Positions 45,230 through 58,119 of a DNA stretch of 64,000 bases are shown here, in pieces (positions within the stretch are counted from its first letter, which is position 1; every line of letters starts with the position of its first letter). This stretch comes from Zootoca vivipara (Eukaryota). The position numbers and the translations under genes are program-made. The stretch is from NCBI RefSeq assembly GCF_963506605.1, contig NC_083288.1, forward strand, positions 37,882,001-37,946,000, given 5' to 3'. The notes below the pieces were generated by a model. The model saw only the letters and a program-made list of their open reading frames with translations, was not told where the DNA came from and did no database searches.

Positions 45230-47150
45230 GGAAGCCATGCAGTAGTATGTAAATATACCAAGGCGTCCCTCGGTCGCCGTGGAAACCGCACCTGCGCGCG
45301 CGGCCCGCTACGGGCTCTCACTGCGACCAAACTCTCTTAAGGCCGCTGTGCTCCTCCGCGGAAGTGAGGCGAGACATCGGACAGGAATGAAAAATGTTGC
45401 GTCAACGGAAATGCGGCGAACTGCACCAGAAGTGACGTCAGAGAGAGAGAGGAAGCGAGTGGGCCTCTTCCATTTTTGTGCGGGGGGGGAGGGAGAACAG
45501 CTCAAGGTAGAATAGTCGACTCAAAGCCCTTCCTCTAAACGAGTGGCCGGGGATTTCCCCTATTGCCTGCATTCGAGTAAACGTCGACCCAATTCATTCC
45601 TAACAGCAACCCGCCAAACCATCAGACTTTTCCTCCACTCTTCTCTCGGTCCTCAGTAAAACGTCGCCAGACAGACTTATCCTACCTATTGAAGGAAATC
45701 TACCCAGTAACGGGAGTGTTCTGCAGCGCGGCATTGGCCCGTTGTAGCGACCAATCAGGCCCCGAAAGGTGGAGGGAAGGAGGCGGGGCGGGGTGGGGGG
45801 GTAAAACGGAAAGCCCATCATATTCAAAAGTTCATGACAGTCGTTACTCCACGAGCGGCGCATGCGCGGATGATTCGCTCGGTTTTGCGCGGCGCATGCG
45901 CTCAACAAGAAGATTATAGACATAAAGATTATAGACTTGTACGTTGAGGCTGCCACCGGGTTTACTTCGGGCGTCATATTCGGTCTCCTCCAGGACGGAG
46001 AAAATGACGGGGTTAGGTGTGACGGAGAAGTGGAGTGTCCACGCCCCATAAACAGCAGCAAAAATAGGAGATCGTACTATTTCTTAATCGGGAGTCGTTC
46101 CGTATTTTTTAATTTTTTTAAAATTAAGCATTTCAAAGTGCAGCACACACCTATCTGCATGCATGCGAATCGCCGGAGCACCAGGATTTTGTGTGCAACT
46201 GAGCGCTGGATTTGGCCTCGGGGTACAATTTAAGCAGATTATTCAGCTTTCCTGCAGTCTGAAGAGTATTTTACGTGAGGAGTTGTTGCAGAACAGCTTC
46301 TCCGTTATATTACCGGTATCATTATTATTTCGATACTTCTACTCCGCTCTTCCAAGTGAATACCCAAAGCAGCTTACGAAAGAAATAGAAACCCAATACA
46401 GTATACAATATCAAAGCCCTAAATCAATACAAATTGTTATTAACGCAGCAATATTTCACGGGGCGGCGGCATTGCAGGGCTGTGCAAAGCGCTCTTTCTT
46501 TCCCTCCCGCAGTACCGCAGCCTGCAAGAATGAGGATGATTAATGGGCTGCATTGGCGTTGCCAGGGTTTTTCTTCTTAAACGAAAACGCGTTTTCCGCA
46601 CTAAATGACAATTCTTCTTTTGTTTCGGGCGGGGGGAGGCGGCAATCAGAGGTGAGAAATGCGCGGGTGGGGGGTTCCGATCCCACGTTCAGCCTCGGCT
46701 ACGGAGCTGCGTTCTTCTATCTTTGCAGCGCTCCCTCCCACTTCGGAAAACCGCGTTGCCCCTCTTCACTTTTCCTGCATCTGTCTCGAAGACGGGCTGC
46801 AGCTCTGTGCACATGCGCAAAGCGCCTCTCCTGCTCCACTCCACCCCTCCGCCTCCGCGTGTCCCCGCTATTGTTGGCGGTTCGTTGTTGCCACGGAAAC
46901 CACAAACTATCTGAAGGGGCAGTTAGGCCCTGGGTGGGGCGGGCTGCGTGCAATACGTTAGATGCGCGGAGAGGGCAGGAGAGAGGAGGGCAGGCGCTGA
47001 ATGGGGGGCGTGATTTAAGTTTACGCAGACGTTTGCTGCAATAATTTAAATGTATTAATCATCCCGCGTTAATTAGCCCCAGGACTGGGCGGGAAGGAGA
47101 GCAAACATGCAGAGTTACTCAAATGCGCCCAGGTGGATGGCGGTGCATAT
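45230..47150. promoter_or_regulatory. Large bidirectional CpG island between the Cys-rich gene (-) and TLCD3B upstream exons (+)
   Basis: High CpG density. ETS/CRE GAAGTGACGTCA at 45429-45440, NRF1 palindromes GCGCATGCGC at 45858-45867 and 45892-45901, CCAAT and GC boxes, RFX X-boxes at 45273-45286 and 46887-46900. Confidence 0.7.
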
Positions 47151-47642
47151 GTAATAATTGAAAGAGTCATTTAAATGTATGTGCAGATCTGCCTTCATAA
47201 GAAAATATTTTGGTCGCGGCATTAATATTCCTGAAGGCGGGTAAGCTAGTCATTTAGGTGCCTCGTTCCTCGTAAAAAATGGATTTTCACCCTTTGCACT
47301 GGATGGCTCATTTGGTAGAGCAGGAGACTCTTAATCTCAGGGTCGCTGGGCAAAAGGTTTCTGCATTGCAGGGGGTTGGACTAGATGACCCTCGTTGGTC
47401 TCTTGCAATGCTATGAAATTGACACCTACGGTTCATATATTTAGTAGGAAATGTGTCACCCCTCCTCCCCTATAATGCTGAAACTTCAGCATATTAACAG
47501 CTTCTCTTTTTAGTTCCTATCCAAGGGTTTTCATGCTGAACTACTACTCATTGTTACTAAGTGATTGCTAATCAGAAAAAAACCCATTTTGATACCCCAA
47601 CGTTTTTAAATTTACTATGCGTTTTTTACTCAGAAGTACTAG

Positions 47643-47916
47643 ACGGGGTGAGCTGCCATTGCTCAGTTCCAGCTACTGCCAACCTAGCAGTTCGAAAGCA
47701 TGTCAAAGTGCAAGTAGATAAATACGTACCGCTCCAGCGGGAAGGTAAACAGTGTTTCCATGCGCTGCTCTGGTTCGCCAGAAGCGGCTTTGTCATGCTG
47801 GCCACATGACCTGGAAGCTGTACGCCGGCTCCCTTGGCCAGTAAAGCGAGATGAGCGCCGCAACCCTAGAGTCAGTCACGACTGGACCTAATGGTCAGGG
47901 ATCCCTTTACCTTTAC
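47643..47916 (+). mobile_element. Sauria SINE, 5'-truncated
   Basis: Shared body and CCTTTACCTTTA tail. Confidence 0.85.
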
Positions 47917-48329
47917 TAGCTGAGTAATCCTAACCTCGGGCCATGTGGCCCTAGGGACCTTGAAGCAGCTGGCACAGCAGCAGGAACCAAATCCATCTCA
48001 TATCCAGCGAATCATCAGCTGTCCTAGCTCTGCCTGTCCCTGTGCCCCCATTGCTCCATTTGGGGTGTCCTGTCCTAACTACTGAGGACAGCAGGGACTT
48101 CAGCAGTGGCAGAGTTGGACTGCAGCCCAAATCTTCAAATATCAGACTTCCCCCCCAAAGAATTATGTGCTTCAGTTATGCTGGCTGGGGGCCTATAGAA
48201 GTTTCCAAATGGTGGTCTCCAGACGAACTTCATTCAGGTGGTCTACAGCTTGTCTGAAATTACAGTTTAAAATCATACAGCATCTAGTGCAATGCAGTCA
48301 TACCTCGGTTTAAGAACGCTTCGGTTTCC

Positions 48330-48770
48330 GACCACAATTAAAAGTGTTAGTGCTGACCTTTAAAGCCCTAAGCGGCCTCGTTCCAGTATACCCGAAGGAG
48401 CGTCTCCACTTCCATCGCTCTGCCTGGACACTGAGGTCCAGTGCCGAGGGCCTTCTGGCAGTTCCCTCGCTGCGAGAAGCCAAGTTACAGGGAACCAGGC
48501 AGAGGGCCTTCTTGGTAGTGGCACCCGCTCTGTGGAATGCCCTCCCACCAGATGTCAAAAAGAAAAATAGCTACTAGACTTTTAGAGGACATCTGAAGGC
48601 AGCCCTGTTTAGGGAAGCTTTTAATCTTTAAGAAGTTAGTGTATTCTAATATTTCTGTTGGAAGCTGCCCAGAGTGGCTGGGGAAACCCAGTCAGATGGG
48701 CGGGGTAATAATAACAATAACAATAATAATAATATATTACTATTACTATTTATTATTATTATTATTACTT
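48330..48770 (+). mobile_element. L2-clade LINE 3' end with (AAT)n tail, nested in a Tigger-like MITE (about 48295-48927)
   Basis: Peptide [29 protein letters not shown] halves CAGTCATACCTCGG and ACTGAGGTAC on either side. Confidence 0.75.
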
Positions 48771-49208
48771 TCAGTTTAAGTACTCCGCAGACCTGTCTGG
48801 AACAGATTAATCCACTTTCCATTACTTTCAATGGGAAAGTTTGCTTCAGGTTAAGTACGCTTCAGGTTAAGTACAGACTTCCGGAACCAATTGTGCACTT
48901 AAACTGAGGTACACCGGTACCACTGTACATGGAAATTGCTACAAAAGGCAGAGCGGTCTGCCAATTTTCATGTGGCCTATGGGGCAAAGTGAGGGGTGGG
49001 GGAGTTTGGGAACCACTGGGTTAGAGGGCAGAAGCCTGCACCAGGCATGCCACTAAAAATATACTGGTGAATACCTCAGATACGCTAGAGGTGCACTTCA
49101 TCATAGTGCAAAGATAAAATACTATATGAAACTTCCCTCTACTTTATTGAATATAGCCACAACCTTAACAAACCTGTCAGCCAAAAGGAGTACAATAACT
49201 GGATGGAG

Positions 49209-49384
49209 TACAGTGGAACCTCGGTTTATGAATTTTCGGTTTATGAACGCCGCGGACCCATCTGGAACGGATTAATTCACTTTCCATTACTTTCAATGGG
49301 AAAGTTCGCTTCAGTTTATGAACGCTTCAGTTTATGAACAGACTTCCGGAACCAATTGTGTTCATAAACCGAGGTACCACTGTA
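49209..49384. mobile_element. Tc1/mariner (Tigger-like) MITE
   Basis: TA-CAGTGGAACCTCGGTTTATGAA ... TTCATAAACCGAGGTACCACTG-TA. Confidence 0.8.
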
Positions 49385-49873
49385 ATATGAAAGTGCCACC
49401 GACCAAGTGGGCTTTCCAGGCCTTTTTTGAAAACCTAAAGTGTGGCTATTGTGCACAGGGTTGCACTGTTGATATCAATGACACCGTAAAGTGCACAGCT
49501 TTGGATTGTGTCTGTGTTTGCATAAAACCTGCTGCTTTCTTTTTTTCGTATGTTTTTTTTTCGTATGATTGGGTTGTGGTGTTTATCCCACAGGAGTAAA
49601 TATAAGTTTTATTTATTACATTTCCATCCTAACCTTTATTCAAGGAGCTCAAGGTGGCAGGCATAACCTCCCTTCATTTCATCATTACAACAACCCTGTG
49701 AGGTGTAGGATTAGGCTGAGAGACCAGCCTAAGTGATCCTCACCAAGGAATGGGAATGGTCTGAGTCTAACACTCCAGCCCAGTGGTTCTCAAACTTTTT
49801 CCTCTGGGACACACTTTCAGAATAAAGTATGAACCACCCTGAGTTCTCTGGGTATAGGGAGGTATATAAATTC

Positions 49874-49904
<31 letters not shown>

Positions 49905-50537
49905 TTGCTTGCACCACACTGAATTTTTATTGATAAGAAATACATTGGAAAACAAAAAAATTAGCAGTGCTTGGTTTATATAATAGAACACACCTACTTA
50001 ATAATATGATCACGGGACATCCAGAAAGTACATATAAAATAATGCGTAAGAACACAAATCATTCCCCAAATACAATATTGATTGTCCTTGAATCTTCCTG
50101 CCATGCTTGCCATCCTCTTTTGCCCAACCCGTGTGACATGCCAAACCCTTTTCAGGACTACTGCTCTAGCCACTGGGTCATGGTTGGGTTGTTAGGAAAT
50201 GCATCTCTTTGTTGCCTCAATGGTTTGTTCCAGTGGGATTTGATCACTTGGGTTGTGGAATGCTAGTGAGCTGCGCCAGTTTCTATTTTTATTAACTTTC
50301 GGGGGGGAATGTGAAAACATATCTTTACCTTGGCAAGGTGGTATACAAATTAAATCAATAATATATTCAAGAAATAATAGGTGGTTTAAGTAGAATCCTT
50401 TTCCGATATGATATTTCAATTACATCTTCATTAGCCCCTTAGGGAAAGATCTCTCGCCAACATGAAATACCCTCCATAGATGTGGAGGACAGCGGATGGT
50501 CAGGATGTCATTTGTCACTACTGCTGTCTTTGCTAGG

Positions 50538-51607
50538 ATGGCATGGGAACAGGTGAGTTGGTTGAGGTCATATATGTGCAAATTCATCCCTCATTTCTGT
50601 ACCATTGAAGAAAGAGGCTCCTCGTTCCGAAGCAAAGGAAATTTAAGTTTTATCCAGCAGCAGATGGTGGAGGGGGGGGGGGAGAAGGGGAAGGACAGGA
50701 CGACCCAGGAAATAATGGCACAATTAGTTGGAAAGCTCTGGAATGTAAGAGTTATAGATGGACCTTTTGGTCCGATCCAGCAAGGCAGTTCTTACTATGC
50801 TCCAGTCTTGCTTTACAGGGTTGCAGTGTGAAAATCTTCATTCATTTTAACAGAAAGTATACTTTGCTCACAATGAACTGGCTGGCTGAGAGCACAGTGA
50901 GAACTGCCTTCCTGTATGGTGCCAAAGGTCTGTCAAGCCCAGCACCCTGTATCCAGCTCACAAGCAGAGTGTAGCAGGGAGACCCTCTTGTCCTTTGTTC
51001 TTGGCATCTGCTAGCAGAGGTGTCTTGCTTTTGTCCGTGGAGCAACCGCGTCCGCATTACAACTGATGCCAACAGGGTAGGACTTTGGGGGGACCCTCTC
51101 AGCAGAATGAGTAGAAGGGCCCCTAAACACAGCATTGTTGGCAAATGAAGTACTGTACTGTAATGCACATTTCCAAATGAAGAAGGTAGTCCCTTGGAGA
51201 CCATGGAGTCCATAGCCTAAGCTTGCCTTGCTGCACCATGCTTTAGCTGTCATGGCTACCAGCCACTAAAATACTTTCATCCAAGAATTTATACAGTACA
51301 TAACGGGGTGGGGACCAAAATACCGGTAACCAGTGGAATAGTTGTACTTTGCTGACCAAAGTGATGTGCTGACTTTCTGGAGGAAGAGAATCTTCTGTTA
51401 GTTAGGAGAGGTGAAATGCCAATTCTGCCTTGATAAAAACAATCTAATTTCTGACATTCTCTCCCACTCCCAGTTTTTGCAGATAGAATTTCCCTATCTC
51501 TTTATGCTGGGTTTGGCCACCTATCCCAGCTTCTTCTACACAGTGTATCTGTTTCTGCGTCACTTTGGGCAAATGGAGGAGCTCAATGCGGTCTATGTAT
51601 CTGCCAG
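50538..51607 (+). CDS. TLCD3B: Alternative 5' coding exons of TLCD3B
   Basis: Exon 51483-51607 (acceptor TTTTTGCAG; IEFPYLFMLGLATYPSFFYTVYLFLRHFGQMEELNAVYVSAR; donor AG|GTGAG, phase 2 like the main exon 1). Possible upstream exon ending at 50552 (MAWEQ|GTGAGT). Confidence 0.6.
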
Positions 51608-51642
51608 GTGAGAGACTACCTGGACATCCAGACTCTCGTAAG

Positions 51643-51644
<2 letters not shown>

Positions 51645-51696
<52 letters not shown>
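51645..51696. repeat. Compound (TG)n(AG)n microsatellite
   Basis: Direct reading. Confidence 0.95.
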
Positions 51697-52089
51697 TAGC
51701 CCTACCATTCATCAGATGGGGGGTGAAAATGGGAAGGACGGAGCCCAGTGTGCCCTTGCCTTCAGATATAGTGGAAAGGCAGTCCTATGCTGAAGTTCAA
51801 AGCAAGATTCAGCTGCCAGTCCAGTCAGCTCCTGTAGGTGAGCATGTAATCTTCTCCCACACACCTCCAGACTACATGATATCTTTAGCCCACCTTAGAA
51901 ATGGGTTAAAGCAATTCATAAAACCAGGTCACCTGTGTTCTTTGGGAAACCCACCTGCTGCAGTTCCTATAGTCCGGCACAAGGTGTCAGTATTGCTTTA
52001 GTTACCGCCACAGGCACTTGCCAGGCTCTTTTCCACCCACCTATCAAAGGTCACATCAGGGTCACCTGCTCAGCAGGTGGAGCTTTATT

Positions 52090-52430
52090 GGAGGATTAGT
52101 CCCTAATGCTTTGGGAGCGGAAAGGGTTAATTGCCCCCACCCACCCCTTCATTTTACCTCTCTCTCTCCCCCCCCCCTACACCCTCCCACTTCCCACATC
52201 AGAGACCTGATCCTTCCTCACAAACCAGGCTGGGATTATAGGATTAGCCTAAAAATCATCCTGTGAGCACGGACTTCCTGCTAAGGGAGGGAGGGAGGGA
52301 GAGATAGGGGAAGGGATGATCTGGCACTCAGGGGGTTAATTCTGCTGCCTGATTAGCCACAAATGGGGGGATGCCTCCTCCCCCACCCCCAATCTTCTTA
52401 GCCAGCTTCTCCCAGTTTAAAAGAGGCAGA
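52090..52430 (+). promoter_or_regulatory. TLCD3B proximal promoter with CRX/OTX-type site cluster
   Basis: GGATTA at 52093, 52233 and 52241, TGATTA at 52350, TTTAAAA near 52415. Confidence 0.5.
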
Positions 52431-53058
52431 GGCTAAACCCAGGGGACTCCCTGCTGCGGTGAGGGTTTTAAGGAGATGAATGGGCAGATTCCTCTCCCTC
52501 CTTCCGCCACTCTTCCCTGTCCCAAGCCTCCCGCTCTGAGTCACCATCCCAAACCTCTCCCCGCTTCTGATCCACCCATAGAGTCCAGCAGCCCCAACCC
52601 GCATCCTCTCCCTGCCTCCCTCCTATCAGCACCCGCTTCCTCCCTTTCCTCCTCCGGCAGCTCAGCCCCTGTCTCCAGTCCCCAGGAGCTCCTGGCTGCA
52701 CTGATCCTCGCAGCCTCCTTTTGCCCGCTCCTCTCCTCCGCCAGTCCCTCCACACACCACAGGCCACTGTCTCTTTAAGTTCCCTCCCGCACTGTGCTGA
52801 CAGCTGCTCCCTGCTCCCCCTCCCTCCCCTGGCTCTGTCTCTCTGTCTGTCACAGCAGCTCTGCTTGGGACCAACCCGCACACCACCGCCATCCCCCCCT
52901 TCCCTCTCCATCCCCCCCTCGCCCCCTTGGTTACCATGAGTCTTCCTCGAGGGGAGCGCCTGGAGGGATCCTAGCCCTGCTGACCCTCCCCATCTGTGTG
53001 GCCCCCCCTCCTCTTCCTCCTCCTTCTCCTCCCCCCTCAACCCTGCAGCCTGAGCGAG

Positions 53059-56000
53059 ATGTTTCACGCCTTGGTAGCAGGGGGCATTGTCTTCCCCGGC
53101 CTCTTCTTGTTGTCCAAGAACGGCCTTAAGTGGCTGCCATGGCTGCGATGGGAGGAGGCCGACGCGGTCATCGTCTCCGCCAGGTAACCAGGGAGCCAGG
53201 GGAGGGAGGATGCAGCCAGGGTCCAGCAGCGGAGGGTGGGCCGCATCCGAGGGTGGGCATCCAGCAGGCCTCAGGTGTGAGGGGCTAGGACTCTTCCCTC
53301 CCATATTTTCTTGAAGGATGAGGGTGGAAGCAGTGGGTCCAGGGCTTCAGGGAAAGGGGCAGGCTCCTTTGAAAGGGGAGTGGTACAATGGCATCGAGAG
53401 GATGGGCTATGAACTAGGTTTTTCTAATGAGGTTCTTTTTTTAAATAGGTCCTAGAATGAGGCGGGGTTGGGAGCCAGGTTTCCTGGGTTCGTTGGGATT
53501 GGAATGGGGTGCAGCAAGTTGCAAAGTGGCTTTCCCTAGTGGATCCATGGGCATATCTGCAAGGAAGCAAAGGGACAGATCTGCTGGATTCTCTGGGAAA
53601 GGTGGAGTGCCTGGGACCATGAGCCCAGACCTCTGGGTTTCTCAGGGAGAGATTGGGGCGTATTAATTGGGAATCAAGAGCTGCGCTAAAGCTGAACTTG
53701 GGTGATGAGGTGTCACTATCCCACGATGACAGCCAATAGAAGCAGTAGCCCAGATAAACCCAGGGTTCCTCTCAGCAAGATGTTTGGAGCCCAGCATTGA
53801 GGAGATTGGTGAACCCACGGTTAGGGTTAGGCTTTGGCAAGGTCTGTGACTTGTGAGGGATGAGATTCCCGGGGATCTGCTGTTAAGAGGGTGTGTTTCA
53901 GGAGATGAGGCTGTTTGCTGGGCTTCCCAGCAGTGTCAATACACTTTGTCTGCTCAGTGTTTCAAGGGGGACGCTCTGGGGCAGAATGTCTGGTTGCTCT
54001 CATTGCTTAGTGCATATATCTAGGAGCTCAAAAGCTGCTCCAGGGTTGGCAGTCTTTGGTGATCACATGACAAGGCTGTGTGTCAGGGTCACAGAGCAAA
54101 TGAGGCTCTTAGCAATTGTTGCTGATCCCCTAAGATGACCTTAAGATAGCAGCTGTTCTGGGATGGCGAAGAGCATGGATTTGAAGGTGCTTGCCAGGGC
54201 TGAAGGTGGAGGAGGCCCAGATCAGCTCCAAGGGGCATTTCATTGCTCTGAGGTCTGCTGGTCTGGATTCCAGGGGTCAGAACTGGAATGGTGAGCAGAC
54301 TATTAAGTCCAAGAGAAGAGAGAGGCAATGGCAGTAAACTTTGTTTTTGTTTCCCCCTTCTTCCCTACCACAGGTTTGTCTCCTCAGTGCAGGCCATCAT
54401 GGCTTCCACGGTCGGCTACATCGTCTCCTCTTCCTGCAAGCACATTATCGACGACCAGTAAGTCAGCATTTGCTGTGTGCATGCCAGCCCAGCACTGCAG
54501 TGCGGTAACTCACTCTCTCCCTGTGTCTCCCACACCTTTCCCAACCTCACTTTCTGAACACGGCCCAGCAGAGTGTTGGCAAGGTCATGCTAGTGAGAAA
54601 CCCGACACCCTCACCGGGATGGGCACCAAATTTAGAACAGGATGACAGTGACATGTTACAGGCAGATGTGCAGCAAGGAGTAGGCCTGGGAAGGAGTCAG
54701 TACAGGGAACTGGAAGGCACAGCACAGGAAATGAAATAATCTTACCAGCAGGAGGTGCTATGGGGAACAGCATTGGTGGAAGCAATGGCTTGTGGGAAGA
54801 GGGCAGTGCCCTGCTGTTTCTGCCCCATAAGAAGGTATTTGGGAGGTAGCTGGAGAGTAAAGTCGGGAACTTTGCTTTTGGAAGCTGCTCCCACTTGCTA
54901 CAAATCCAACAGGGGGTGCTGGAGAGAACAGGGCAAAAGTGATGGCAATAAGAGAGGCAGATTGGCCTGTGTGGCACAGAGCGCTGTCCGTGGTGCTGCA
55001 GAAATACCTCATTCCTTGAGCTTCTAAATTCAGCACCATGGGCAGCTCCCTCTTGCACAACTGTTCCCAAGGTCCCAAGCAGTTCATGGGGCATCTGAGT
55101 TGAGGATTCCCAGAGCGTGTGCTGGAGAGAGAGCTGCTAGTCTCACTGGATTCTAGGACAGCTGCCAGACCTCGGTCTCTGCAGAGAACAATTTGGCAAG
55201 AGGGCAGCTCTGCAGGGCAAGCAGGAGCATAAACACAGCAGGAACCCAGAGAGCTCCTGGAAGGGGGACGGGATAGAGGTGTGGGGTGTGTATGTGTCTG
55301 GGCCTTTTCCAATTCGCCGTCCCTTTTTGCTTTGCCATCAGGATTGTTTCATTTCACGCTAATGAATTTAGCTGAGATTAGTCCCTTCCCCAGGACAGGC
55401 TAGAATGGGGGGCACGTGTGCTAATTCTCCCCTAGGATAGAGCAGGGCAGGGGATTAGACCAAAGCAACAGCTGTTTCTACCGCTGATTTGCGTTCTTTG
55501 GACTCATAATTGGCTTTATTGGGCAACCAGTGATGACGAATTCCTGGGCTCCCTAAAGGGGGGGGGAGAGTGGGCTCTAGCAGGTTACATCATACGGAGG
55601 CTGGATATCTGGATTCTTGGAGAGTAAACTCCAGCTGGTTAGAGCAAGGCAATTAGAGGCAGGAGTTGAGGATTCTCTTAGGGCAAAGAGAAGAGTTTCC
55701 AGATTTCTGTACTTGTATCCATTACAATGCTCTCACTGTGCCCTTTGCACTGGGAATCTCCTGTTGGGAAGCAATGTGGCTGAGGGCAGGCAGGATTTCA
55801 ACTCTTTCAAAGCGTTCCCTTAACTGACCCCAATGCCAGGCTCCTGATATCATCTTTGCAGTCCTGTAACACAGAAACCTTCTAGCAGCGCCCCCATCCC
55901 CACCCCATCTGAATTCTGCTTGGATGCCACCTGCCCCATTTTGGTCTCCAAGCTGAGCACCCCACAGCATCTCTTGGGCCCTGCATCCCGCATAGCACTG

Positions 56001-57756
56001 CAGCATCCTTGCTGCTTTTCTGGCATTTGGCCTAATCACCTTGCATGGAGCCATCAGCAGAAATGCCCAGGCAGGCTGCAGTGGTGAGGGAGGAGAGTGA
56101 CGAGAAGTCAGCTGGGGAGGTGGCAGTAAGGAAGTCACAGCCCAGACTTAAAGAAACAGCACTCCATTTGCCTTCCTCTCAGCCTGAAGGGGGAAAAGGA
56201 TCAGGGCTAGAAGCACCTTTTTCAGTCCCTGAATTCCCCTCTTATCACCTGAAATGGAATAGGATTAAGGCTGATGTCCTGGACTTATTTACATTAATCC
56301 TATTACCTTTTATAGAACTTGTGGACTTCTAAATAAGCACAAGGTCGGAAGCATGGTTCGCTGCCGGTAGTCAGACAAAATATCCTGGATCTAAGGGGAT
56401 TGAGGGTGCCCTGCCTGGGGGTGGCAGTGGGGCTGCGGTCAGGATTGAAAGGCAATGCCAGGACAAGGTGAGGTGGGAATGGCAGCCCGTAGCTTGGATA
56501 TGGCTGTGGTCAGCGTGGCTTGGAGAAACAACAGGGAGCTGTCAAACCACAGAGAGCCCAGCGAGCAGGAATGGAAGAACTTGGGGGCTATGGGCAAAGC
56601 TTTGTTCTCATTGACCTTGTGTGAGCAGAGCGCACCAGCAGGTCATCAATACTCATTGATCATGGCTGTGAGCCTGTTCTAAGGGGGCGGGGCACCTCCT
56701 CTTGCTCTCTCTCTCTCCCCCCCCCCCGGCTGGAATTCCCTGCTGAGTCACTGCCAGGACTGTGTCTTGCTCACAACCTTCCCCTGCCCTAGCATTCTTT
56801 CTCCTCCTTCTGCAGGCACTGGCTGACCTCCAGCTACACCCAGTTTGCCATCCCCTACTTCATCTACGACATCTACGCCATGTTCTTGTGCCACTGGCAC
56901 AAGTACCGGGTCAAAGGGCACGAGTCGGCCGGCACCCGGACGCTGCGCACCGTCGTCCGCGCCTACTTGAACAAGGAGTTGCTCATGGTGGTCCACCATC
57001 TCTTCATGGTGCTGGTTTGCTTCCCCATGTCTGTGGTGAGTGTGGCCTGGCGTGGGAACCTCTGTACATAGGAGGAGGAGGAGGCGAGGAAGGGATGGGA
57101 TGGGATGCTGATGTATGGAGCAGAAGTGGGGCAGAGAGGGGCTGTGCGCTTTAGAGGCTGCTAACGCCCACCCCAAAAAGTCACCCTTCTCGCTTTCTCC
57201 CACTTCAGCTCTGGCGCCAGGGCAAGGGCGATTTCTTCCTGGGTTGTATGTTGATGGCTGAGCTTAGCACCCCTTTCGTCTGCCTCGGCAAAGTCCTCAT
57301 CCTGGTAAGTATGACCCAATCCTGTGGGTTTTCTGGGGAGAGGAACGAGAACCCAGCGGGGCAGAGCAGGTTCTTTGGCTTCCTGGAGGGAGCTGGTGGT
57401 GGCCTAACTGTCCTCTCAACCCCTCCTCTTCTTTCCTGCCACAGTACAAGCAGCAACACACCCTTCTTCATAAGGTGAATGGAGTAATCATGCTGATCAC
57501 ATTCTTCTGCTGCCGGATCCTGCTCTTTCCTTACATGTACTGGGTATACGGGCACTATGCCGGCCTGCCCCTTTATCGCGTGCCCTTCTCCATCCCCGTC
57601 GAGTACAACTTGGGATCGGCCATCCTCATGGCGCCCCAGGTTTACTGGTTTGGCCTCATCTGCCGCGGCGCTTTCCGCGTGTACCGCTCCCAGGGCGCTG
57701 CCAAGGATCAGGTGCTGCGAAATGGGCACAGACCAGAGACGCAGGCGCTGGACTGA
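53059..57756 (+). CDS. TLCD3B: TLC domain-containing protein 3B / FAM57B (ceramide synthase-like, 278 aa)
   Basis: Exons 53059-53183, 54374-54457, 56816-57035, 57209-57304, 57445-57756 (837 nt). VAGGIVFPGLFLLSKN..RWEEADAVIVSAR, MVVHH, GDFFLGCMLMAELSTPFV, RILLFPY, APQVYWF motifs. ATTAAA near 58906. Confidence 0.95.
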
Positions 57757-58062
57757 TGATACCTCTCCCTCCTCAGCCACAGACGGACAGACCACATTTC
57801 CTCTAACTTATTTATTTATTGGGGTATGGGAGGGAGTGGGGGAGTGGGCTCCTAGGCCAAAGGGGATTTGGGGAGGCCTGGAAAGGCATTGCGGGGGGCG
57901 GGGGGGTTCCAGTGAAGTATTCGGAAGGGACGCAGACAAAGACAATAGTCCTTTGGTGCAGGGTGGGGTTCCTTTGCTAAAGGCAGCCCTCTAATATTGC
58001 AACATTCAGTATTTTGAAACTCTTCGGGGGCGGGGATGGGGGTAGAGTCCTAAACCAAAGGG

Positions 58063-58065
58063 ATA

Positions 58066-58116
<51 letters not shown>
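58063..58116. repeat. (TA)n microsatellite in the TLCD3B 3'UTR
   Basis: Direct reading. Confidence 0.95.

Positions 58117-58119
<3 letters not shown>

Noticed and set aside
52476-53058. Possible long N-terminal extension of TLCD3B
   Set aside because: The ORF at 52476-52778 is in a different frame, and an in-frame TGA at 52981 closes the frame upstream of the ATG at 53059. At most these are uORFs.
52468-53304. 278-aa minus-strand ORF, the longest in the track
   Set aside because: Antisense to the GC-rich TLCD3B 5'UTR and exon 1, low-complexity G/R/E content, no recognisable domain.
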